Source: a virus
Taxonomy: Duplodnaviria; Caudoviricetes
Direction: 5' to 3' (one strand)
Length of the DNA: 30,645 bases
Virus record (IMG/VR): IMGVR_UViG_3300042445_000566
Coordinates: 1 to 30,645 of that record
The notes beneath the pieces are model-generated. The model saw nothing but the letters and a program-made list of their open reading frames with translations, was not told the origin of the DNA and made no database searches. Below, piece after piece: positions 1 through 6,954 of this stretch. Each line of letters opens with the position of its first letter. Within the stretch, counting starts at the first letter, position 1. The translations under genes were made by a program, and so were the position numbers.

Positions 1-40
1 GAAGAGAGCTAAATCTCTTTAATGCTAATGAAATGTCCAT
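1..40 (-). CDS. 5' end of a gene running off the window (MDISLALKRFSSL...), possibly a gp32-like ssDNA-binding protein
   Basis: ATG at 40 and the frame stays open to the window edge. A host-type promoter lies upstream at 139-146. Only 13 codons are visible, so the SSB call rests on recalled N-terminal resemblance and replication-gene context. Confidence 0.3.
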   Translation of the reverse strand, partial: MDISLALKRFSSL

Positions 41-138
41 TGCTTTTTTAAATTTTAAGTGTTAATAAATTGTTTTAAATTTTAAGGTTATATCGCGATT
101 ACCTATATCTAAATATAACCTTTTTACTTTTATTGTAA

Positions 139-146
139 CAAAGATA
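139..146 (-). promoter_or_regulatory. Bacteroidota-type sigma70 -7 element (TATCTTTG)
   Basis: Matches TAnnTTTG in the intergenic region upstream of the ATG at 40. The -33 position reads GTAG rather than TTTG. Confidence 0.6.
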
Positions 147-177
147 CGAAATATTTGTTACATTTCCTACTATTTTT

Positions 178-801
178 TTAATTTAATTTTATAGTGGTTT
201 CTTTATTTATATCGTGAATAACACCATTCCAAGGATAGTATTCTTCACCATTCTTAAATTGTTCAATATTCTGAATAATATCAAATAACAATTTAGATTC
301 TTTTTCGTAATGCTCATCAGTTTCCATATGAGATGGATTCAAATTAATAAATTTAATATGAGAATATTGTTCTCTAATAGCATATTCTTCTATAATAAAA
401 TTTGAAATTGTTTTTTGTAATTTGTATCCAAAATGCTTTCCAAGTGGTTTTTTATTAAATGTAATACCACTTGATACATTTACAACATATTTTATTTTAT
501 CTTTGTACAAATTTATAAGTTGTTGATTGCCAATTGCAACTAATTTGAAAGAATCTATAAACTCATTTAAAATATTTACATCAAAAAATTTAAGAAACCT
601 ATCAAAATCGGATGGATATAATGTTGCGTTTAACACTAACCCATCTATATCTTCATTATTACTATTATAGTAATCAATAATACTTTTTGAATCTAATAAA
701 TTTAATTCTTCTTTTGATGGATTTAAAACTAAATCATCATATGCTTGTTTAAACTTTTTGGCAAGCTTTCCTTGTCCACCTGTAATTAATATTTTGCCCA
801 T
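178..801 (-). CDS. Short-chain dehydrogenase/reductase (NAD(P)-binding Rossmann fold)
   Basis: N-terminal ILITGGQGKLA, VVNVSSG, catalytic YxxxK (YKLQK), and NLNPSHMET resembling NxxxPGxxxT. Confidence 0.75.
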   Translation of the reverse strand: MGKILITGGQGKLAKKFKQAYDDLVLNPSKEELNLLDSKSIIDYYNSNNEDIDGLVLNATLYPSDFDRFLKFFDVNILNEFIDSFKLVAIGNQQLINLYKDKIKYVVNVSSGITFNKKPLGKHFGYKLQKTISNFIIEEYAIREQYSHIKFINLNPSHMETDEHYEKESKLLFDIIQNIEQFKNGEEYYPWNGVIHDINKETTIKLN

Positions 802-849
802 TTTTAACCTTTATTTTGCCCAATAAAAAATCTTTATTTTGCCCATTTT
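790..849. repeat. Three direct copies of TGGGCAAAATA (minus strand) at 22-23 bp spacing
   Basis: tattttgccca on the + strand at 790-800, 812-822 and 835-845. The copies span the stop of the DUF1599 gene and the start of the SDR gene. Confidence 0.85.
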
Positions 850-1190
850 CCTCTACTCACTAATTGAGCAATTACGGAATATATGGATAAGTCTTGGTAA
901 GTATCTTCAACTGATTCTCCAACTTCGTCTGGTTGCCCCATAACTACTAATTGTTTTAATCTGTTTATTTTATCGTTTTGTCTGAACCACAATCCTGTCA
1001 AAGATAGTTTAATATCTTCTTTGGTTTGTAATGGAGTTCCTACTGAAATGTTACCAGGTCCGTAGTTTCTTTGTTTCTTACAAAATGTTTCATACATCTC
1101 GTTTAAAATAACTTTGAATTCATCACAGGTTTGTGGATACACTTCTTCGCAATATTCAATTGCTGATTGCTCTAGTTTAGTTTCTGTCAT
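834..1190 (-). CDS. DUF1599 / nucleotide-modification-associated domain 1 (Nmad1)-like protein
   Basis: FxKKxxNYG, RxNDKINRL and ESVEDTYQDLSIYSVI motifs typical of this all-alpha family. Confidence 0.75.
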   Translation of the reverse strand: MTETKLEQSAIEYCEEVYPQTCDEFKVILNEMYETFCKKQRNYGPGNISVGTPLQTKEDIKLSLTGLWFRQNDKINRLKQLVVMGQPDEVGESVEDTYQDLSIYSVIAQLVSRGKWAK

Positions 1191-1193
1191 AAC

Positions 1194-1319
1194 TTATTTT
1201 TTAATACCCCATTTTTTTTGTAACATAGTATAATACCTTTCTGTTTTGTTTCCGTTATACAGAAAATACACTAAATGGATGTCAATCCACAATTCGATTT
1301 TTTTTAGTAACTGTTTCAT
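1194..1319 (-). CDS. Small hypothetical protein, 41 aa (MKQLLKKIELWIDIHLVYFLYNGNKTERYYTMLQKKWGIKK), absent from the ORF track
   Basis: Translated by hand. It fills the gap between neighbours, overlaps the upstream gene end, and stops 3 nt before the next ATG. Confidence 0.6.
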   Translation of the reverse strand: MKQLLKKIELWIDIHLVYFLYNGNKTERYYTMLQKKWGIKK

Positions 1320-1623
1320 CTTTTTTATTTATTTTGTTTTTAAGTTTTATTGCTAATGCGCATAATTCGTATTCTTCGTTGTATTCTAAAATTTTTATAT
1401 TATCATCTAATAACCCATCAAACTCATCACTTCTAATTGTTAATGCAATAACAAGAATTTCTTTTACAATTACTTCTGCAAAATTTATTCTTTTTCTTTT
1501 GTTTGTTATGGCATATTCTATTGCGAGAACTATTGCCTTTGCAATTTCAATTTGATGATTTTCAAATAGTTCGTTTGGATTATCTTCTGAAATCTGTAAT
1601 GGGACGAATTTTTCTGCTTTCAT
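1282..1623 (-). CDS. Hypothetical protein with a C-terminal UvrB/UvrC (UVR)-like helical motif
   Basis: NIKILEYNEEYELCALAIKLK resembles the A..E.YE.AA..RD motif. It sits directly behind a host-type promoter. Confidence 0.5.
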   Translation of the reverse strand: MKAEKFVPLQISEDNPNELFENHQIEIAKAIVLAIEYAITNKRKRINFAEVIVKEILVIALTIRSDEFDGLLDDNIKILEYNEEYELCALAIKLKNKINKKDETVTKKNRIVD

Positions 1624-1628
1624 TAATA

Positions 1629-1660
1629 CAAATATACGGAAAATATTTTACTTTTCCAAA
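1629..1660 (-). promoter_or_regulatory. Bacteroidota-type sigma70 promoter: TTTG-N20-TATATTTG
   Basis: -33 TTTG at 1657-1660, -7 element at 1629-1636, 20 nt spacer. The ATG is 5 nt downstream. Confidence 0.75.
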
Positions 1661-2055
1661 TTATCTATATTAATTGCTTTAAAAACTTTTGTAGGAATTT
1701 TTTTGTATCCGTTTGGAGATGTTGTGATAATACAGTTTTTATATTCATCCCATTCCAACTGATAGGTATTATCTAACATACCACCTGTTTTAGATTTTAC
1801 AACTTCGTTAAGTGCGTTGATGGTGTAGATTGTGTTTGATTGTTTTTTTCTATGTACTAAAATTGTTTTCCATTGGGAAGGAATTGCAACAGACCCCTTT
1901 TCTACATTAAATGTAATATAAAGTTCTCCCACATTTGTTTTGCTTTCTAATACAAAAACGTTTGGATTTGTAAGTATATATTGGTTTAGAACGAATTCTA
2001 ATGATTTATCTAGTTCTTCTTTAGTAGTAAAAAGACATAATAACTGTGTATTCAT
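1648..2055 (-). CDS. Hypothetical phage protein (HRKKxSNTxYTINALN motif)
   Basis: Clean 135 aa ORF preceded by ATATTTAT at 2082-2089. Function unknown. Confidence 0.7.
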   Translation of the reverse strand: MNTQLLCLFTTKEELDKSLEFVLNQYILTNPNVFVLESKTNVGELYITFNVEKGSVAIPSQWKTILVHRKKQSNTIYTINALNEVVKSKTGGMLDNTYQLEWDEYKNCIITTSPNGYKKIPTKVFKAINIDNLEK

Positions 2056-2118
2056 CTATTATTAGTTTATTAACTTTAAGGATAAATATAAAATTACAAA
2101 CTAAAAACGATTTTATTA

Positions 2119-4173
2119 CTAGCCATTTTTAGCAAAACAAGCCTGAACATCTGGATGATATTTATAAACTGTTTGTAATTTACCTAAAATACCACTCTTA
2201 GAACGTTGGATTTTTTCTCCTATTGGGTATCTCTGTCCATTTTTTGATATAGCATATACTATTTTAGAACCACCTGTTATAGTTGTTTCGCCTCTTTTAG
2301 TAGTTTCTCTCTCTTCTCCTACTTCAAAATGAGAAACCATATCATTTTTATCACCAAATGGAAAACATTTTTCCATAGTTTGCTTATTAACTGCAACACC
2401 ACCACTTTCTTGATAGAATGCATCCGGGTCTTTATATACACCACTACCACCAAACATAATATTAAGGTGTAGTTTTTCGGCTACCGATTCGGCTTCTAAT
2501 AAAGTTCCTACCCCAACATTTACTCCGTTTATATTTACAGTTTGTTCATCCAATTTTTTAATCAAATTTAAATCTGTTTCAACCGTTCTTTTTCTAATTT
2601 CACCCAATTTAGGGCCTAAATTAGGACCATTTGTTTTATTTGATAATTCCGATAAAACTTTTTGTTCTGGTTTTGTTAAAGTATTATTTGTATCTGATGC
2701 ATACTTAATAAATCCTTGCATCATTTCTACTTCGGTAGGTGGAGTAGCATGTCCATCTGGTAAATATGCCATATGTTTTTTGGATGTTGTCATTAATTGA
2801 GCAACTCCTTTTACATTCTTATCACCATTCCAATACTTATCTTTATTTGCACCAGTAGATAGTGTTTTTGTTAATTCTATTAAAGTATTAGGGTCTACAC
2901 TTTGTAAATGTATAATTGGTTCATTAACAACTGTATCTAAATCGGTTTCTAATTGCTGATAATCTTTTATAGCACCTACTATTGTCTTTTTAACTACTTC
3001 ACCTTGTTCTGGTGTAATTAATCCCTTTTCAACAAAATCATCAATTTGCTTCTTTTTAAATTCTGCTTCGGCTTTGATTGTAGATTGGGCAACAATTGCG
3101 TTTACATTATCCTTATCGGAATAAAATGTCATATGTAAATCACCAGTATTTTTATTTAAGATAAATATAGAAGTATCCGATGGGTTTTCGCCTCCACCAC
3201 TATTTCTGATGATTTCAGTTGCTTCTTCTTTTGAAATTTCGGTGTTTCCTAAAAATACTTTACCAGTAGTAGAATTTACGGCAGCTTCTTGTGCTTTTAA
3301 ACCTTTTGCATCTCCAAAAAATGGTATAGATGTTGAATTTTCAATACCATTTTTTTCTATAATTGCTTGTTTTACATGATTAGTTTTACTCTGTGCTGCT
3401 CTTGTTGCAATAATTGCTTTTGATGCAAGTCCTATTGATATACCGTATTTTTTACCAACTTCGGCTGCTTCTGATTTTTTAACACCACTCGCTGGGTCAT
3501 TACCATCATTTTCTTTACCCAATCCCGTACCTTTTAATCTTGCAATATTGGATTCTAACTGAGAATCATAATCAAAATCTTCATTTGAATTTAATACATT
3601 TGTAGCAGATGTGGTTGATACAATTTCATTTAACATAGAACCAGCAGTACCAGGTGCTCCCGCACTTTTTGCAAATCCATTTTTAACAAATGAATCTAAT
3701 GAGTTTTTATTTACAGTTTCTAATTCTGAAAAATCAGATTTTGGTTCTGATTGAGTTGCAGTTGGTTCAGGAAATACACTCGCACCACCATCGTTACCAA
3801 ATACACTTGTACCCTGTGTAGGTTCTTTAGGTTCTGATGGTAAGTTACCACCATTATCTTTTTTAGCTTTTTGTATTTCAGCAGGAGTTGGTTTAACGTG
3901 TCTATCTGCATTAAATGTTTTAACTGTGTAGATGTTACCCGAATCTTTACCTTTTACAACAGTATCCTCTCTAAGAATACGTTTTGGTTTTGGAGTGTTC
4001 TCCTTTATATACTCAAACACAACAGATGCTCTATCTGTAAGTTGTTGTGCAGAATCTATACCTCTTTCTCTTAAAAGTTTTACCAATATTTGTTTGTGGG
4101 ATTCGTTTGTTAAATCAACAATTCCTACCTTATAACTTAACTCTTCTAATATCTCTTCAAAATTTGGATACAT
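2119..4173 (-). CDS. Large hypothetical protein, possibly a head-associated/internal virion protein
   Basis: 684 aa ORF with an N-terminal helical segment, an ILRE site and a Pro/Glu-rich linker. It is probably co-transcribed from the motif at 4655. The function is inferred. Confidence 0.55.
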   Translation of the reverse strand: MYPNFEEILEELSYKVGIVDLTNESHKQILVKLLRERGIDSAQQLTDRASVVFEYIKENTPKPKRILREDTVVKGKDSGNIYTVKTFNADRHVKPTPAEIQKAKKDNGGNLPSEPKEPTQGTSVFGNDGGASVFPEPTATQSEPKSDFSELETVNKNSLDSFVKNGFAKSAGAPGTAGSMLNEIVSTTSATNVLNSNEDFDYDSQLESNIARLKGTGLGKENDGNDPASGVKKSEAAEVGKKYGISIGLASKAIIATRAAQSKTNHVKQAIIEKNGIENSTSIPFFGDAKGLKAQEAAVNSTTGKVFLGNTEISKEEATEIIRNSGGGENPSDTSIFILNKNTGDLHMTFYSDKDNVNAIVAQSTIKAEAEFKKKQIDDFVEKGLITPEQGEVVKKTIVGAIKDYQQLETDLDTVVNEPIIHLQSVDPNTLIELTKTLSTGANKDKYWNGDKNVKGVAQLMTTSKKHMAYLPDGHATPPTEVEMMQGFIKYASDTNNTLTKPEQKVLSELSNKTNGPNLGPKLGEIRKRTVETDLNLIKKLDEQTVNINGVNVGVGTLLEAESVAEKLHLNIMFGGSGVYKDPDAFYQESGGVAVNKQTMEKCFPFGDKNDMVSHFEVGEERETTKRGETTITGGSKIVYAISKNGQRYPIGEKIQRSKSGILGKLQTVYKYHPDVQACFAKNG

Positions 4174-4181
4174 AATTTAAT

Positions 4182-4631
4182 TTATCTAAATGGATTCCAT
4201 AAACCTCTCTTATCCACTTCTTTTTGTGTAGATGGTGCAACTTTTGCATTCTTTTGATATGAATACTTCATTGGGTTATACGGTTCTAATTCGGATGTGT
4301 TTACATTACCATCAGCATCAGTTTTAGTTTCACCTCTTTCATCTCCCATTCTTACAATACCAACTGTTTTTGTTCTCTTGTTATACACAACTGAATCTAC
4401 ACCCATATCGGATTTATCAGTTTTTGTTTTTTTTGAACTACTATTTCCACCAAATACCGATGTTCCTTTTACAGGTTCAGAACTTTGAGCAGCTTGACCA
4501 GCAGTTGTAGTTTTACCTGCAATTGTTATCTTTGTATCAGGTCTTAACGTATGTTGTTTTTGATATGAATCAAATGCTGCCTGATTTCTAAAATCCATTT
4601 CCCTTAAAGGAATTAAGTTTACTAATTTCAT
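4182..4631 (-). CDS. Hypothetical protein, 149 aa (start revised to MKLVNLIPLRE), possible virion protein
   Basis: The track start at 4730 overlaps polA. The ATG at 4631 lies 24 nt downstream of the ATATTTAT motif. It shares GTSVFG with the adjacent 684 aa protein. Confidence 0.6.
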   Translation of the reverse strand: MKLVNLIPLREMDFRNQAAFDSYQKQHTLRPDTKITIAGKTTTAGQAAQSSEPVKGTSVFGGNSSSKKTKTDKSDMGVDSVVYNKRTKTVGIVRMGDERGETKTDADGNVNTSELEPYNPMKYSYQKNAKVAPSTQKEVDKRGLWNPFR

Positions 4632-4668
4632 ATGTTTGTGTTTGTGTATATTGTATAAATATAAAACT

Positions 4669-5928
4669 TTATTGTAAATGAACCAATTTATCGTAATTCG
4701 TTCCTTCATCTGCTTTGACAGGGAATCCACCTTTTTCCATAATTGTCGGTAGGAGGTTCAAAATTTGTTCCCTTTCCGATGGGTGAGTGTCGATTAAGAA
4801 CGCATCATATGTATATAAGATTATTTTCGATTTCATCCCATCCATAAACTCCAACATCTCTACCATCTTCATATAGTTTATTTCAGTTTCTAATGCTTGT
4901 AGAAGATAGTTAAATATCTTTTGTTGATTCGGTAATTCGATTCGATTATGATTAATTTCCCTTTTAAATAAAGGTGTTATCAATTTACCCGAAATTACAT
5001 ACCGTTGATACAAAGTTTCGATGTATGAATCTACTTTTTGAAAGAAAGGTATCCCTCTCGCAAAGTCGTCTAAACCTCCGTACAAATACTTAAACGTTAG
5101 ACCCTTTGCAGTATCGTAATCACACCCATAAAGATTTGCAAGATATTGGTGAGCAGATATACCAGTAGGAAACTTATACCCTATCAACCCCGCGATTAAA
5201 CGGATATGATAAGATTCATAATCAAATCCAATCAAAGTTCCCTCATCAAACCTACTTATGATAGTTCCCCTACTCCCATCACCTTTAGGAAGAGCAGAGT
5301 AATTTACGTTTAAGTGTCTATTGGATGGTCTACCCGTAATGGTATATGGATTGTATTGTGTGTGAACTTTACCCCCATTGATGTAGCGAGAATCGAAGCT
5401 AAATCTATCAATAAAATTTTCCACTTCGACTTGAACCCCCGCCCCTTCCACCTTTCCTAATAGAGATATTGAATCTGAATACTTACGATACCAATCCTTT
5501 ATCTCAAAACCTTCAGGTATTGATTTTAAGAGTTCGTACCACTTCATAAGAGGAATACAGTCGTTGTTGAAAAGATAATCGTTTCTATACCCCTTAAAAA
5601 GAGTTTCTACAAAATCATTAAATATAAATGGTTTACCTACTGATTCAAAATATACCCACTCATAATCAAGTCCGATTGATTGGATATATCGGTTTCCTAA
5701 TACTAATGTGTTTGGATTGCAGAGTTTATGTATTGGGAATGGTGTAACACAATCTGCATCGATGTGTTGGAAATTTAAAATAAAATCCGTATCTTTAGTT
5801 TTTATATATACGAATGATATTGGAAACATTGATTGATGTCCCCTTTGAGAACTCCATACAGGAACTATCAGTAAAATCTCCTCTGGATTTAATAAGTGTA
5901 AATCTTTATCTGTCTCAATTATATTCAT
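4669..5928 (-). CDS. polA: Short, divergent family A DNA polymerase
   Basis: TITGRPSN, motif A FDYESYHIRL, motif B AKGLTFKYLYG, FNYLLQA, motif C YTYDAFLID. It is only 419 aa and no clear exonuclease motifs are visible. Confidence 0.85.
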   Translation of the reverse strand: MNIIETDKDLHLLNPEEILLIVPVWSSQRGHQSMFPISFVYIKTKDTDFILNFQHIDADCVTPFPIHKLCNPNTLVLGNRYIQSIGLDYEWVYFESVGKPFIFNDFVETLFKGYRNDYLFNNDCIPLMKWYELLKSIPEGFEIKDWYRKYSDSISLLGKVEGAGVQVEVENFIDRFSFDSRYINGGKVHTQYNPYTITGRPSNRHLNVNYSALPKGDGSRGTIISRFDEGTLIGFDYESYHIRLIAGLIGYKFPTGISAHQYLANLYGCDYDTAKGLTFKYLYGGLDDFARGIPFFQKVDSYIETLYQRYVISGKLITPLFKREINHNRIELPNQQKIFNYLLQALETEINYMKMVEMLEFMDGMKSKIILYTYDAFLIDTHPSEREQILNLLPTIMEKGGFPVKADEGTNYDKLVHLQ

Positions 5929-5933
5929 ATCTA

Positions 5934-5964
5934 CAAAGATACAAAAAATAATTTACATTTCAAA
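5934..5964 (-). promoter_or_regulatory. Bacteroidota-type sigma70 promoter: TTTG-N19-TATCTTTG
   Basis: -33 at 5961-5964, -7 at 5934-5941. The polA ATG is 5 nt downstream. Confidence 0.75.
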
Positions 5965-5966
5965 AT

Positions 5967-6581
5967 TTATTCGTATTTAAAGAGAATATTTGAATATAAA
6001 ATTATTCTATTTTCATCGGAATCGTTTTTATAACTATGCATTGTATTTTCACAATTCAACCAAACTACACCAGTATTTTTTTTTTTAGGAGATTTATACA
6101 TAAGTTGATTATTATTTCTATAATCTAAAAAATCAGTACTGGTTTTGTTATCTATTAAATTAAGTATAAACCCACCAACACTATCTCTGTTATCAAAGTG
6201 TGGTATAAGTTCGGAACCAGGTGGGCAGTTTATTATAGAAACAATTGTTTTTGTTATTCTTTTTAAAAAATCTTTGAAGTTAGTTTCTTGTGGTGGGGTT
6301 GGTAAATAATTTCTTTTTATAATATCATTATCACTTGCAATCTTACAAATTGTATTTATAATTTCATCATTATTAAATATATCCGTTATACTATCAATTA
6401 GTTTTACATCGGAGTGCATATTTGAATTATAAGGTGTTCTTTTATTTATAGTATCTAAGTATGGTGACCAATTTATTTCATTTTTAAAAAATGAATCTAT
6501 TGGTAATATATCATTTTCAATATTAAATTCAAAAATTGGCCATTTATAAGGTAAAGTTGGAGTTGTATTTATATTTATCAT
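5967..6581 (-). CDS. 2-oxoglutarate/Fe(II)-dependent oxygenase superfamily protein
   Basis: HxD (PHFDNR), distal His (TMHSY) and downstream Arg (ENRIIL) in a beta-rich C-terminal half. ATGA overlap with the upstream gene. Confidence 0.7.
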   Translation of the reverse strand: MININTTPTLPYKWPIFEFNIENDILPIDSFFKNEINWSPYLDTINKRTPYNSNMHSDVKLIDSITDIFNNDEIINTICKIASDNDIIKRNYLPTPPQETNFKDFLKRITKTIVSIINCPPGSELIPHFDNRDSVGGFILNLIDNKTSTDFLDYRNNNQLMYKSPKKKNTGVVWLNCENTMHSYKNDSDENRIILYSNILFKYE

Positions 6582-6952
6582 TTATGAAATTGTAAAATAT
6601 TAGGTAAATATAATCCTAAATTTTTTATTGTTTCTGAACCCAATCGTATAGATGCTCTGTTTCCATTAAATACTCCTTTATCTATAACCATACCATTATC
6701 ATTATATACCATATCCAAAGGACCTAGTATTCTCCAATAAATACTTTCAGATAACCAATATGGATTTTTTAACAATTGTATATAAGTTTTTTCATCTATC
6801 TCATATACAAACCCATTTACATCATTTGCTTTTTGAGTAAAAAATCTTTCTATAAAACCTTGCGCATAATCGATTTCCGTTGGCGATGGTACAATTGTCT
6901 GTGGTATAAACAATGATGGTAATATTTTATTTTTAATTAAATCTGTGTACAT
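6578..6952 (-). CDS. Hypothetical protein of the tail/baseplate cluster (start probably MYTDLIK)
   Basis: ATG at 6952 is 2 nt after the upstream stop. It is the last gene of the baseplate block and its function is inferred from position. Confidence 0.55.
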   Translation of the reverse strand: MYTDLIKNKILPSLFIPQTIVPSPTEIDYAQGFIERFFTQKANDVNGFVYEIDEKTYIQLLKNPYWLSESIYWRILGPLDMVYNDNGMVIDKGVFNGNRASIRLGSETIKNLGLYLPNILQFHK

Positions 6953-6954
6953 TG

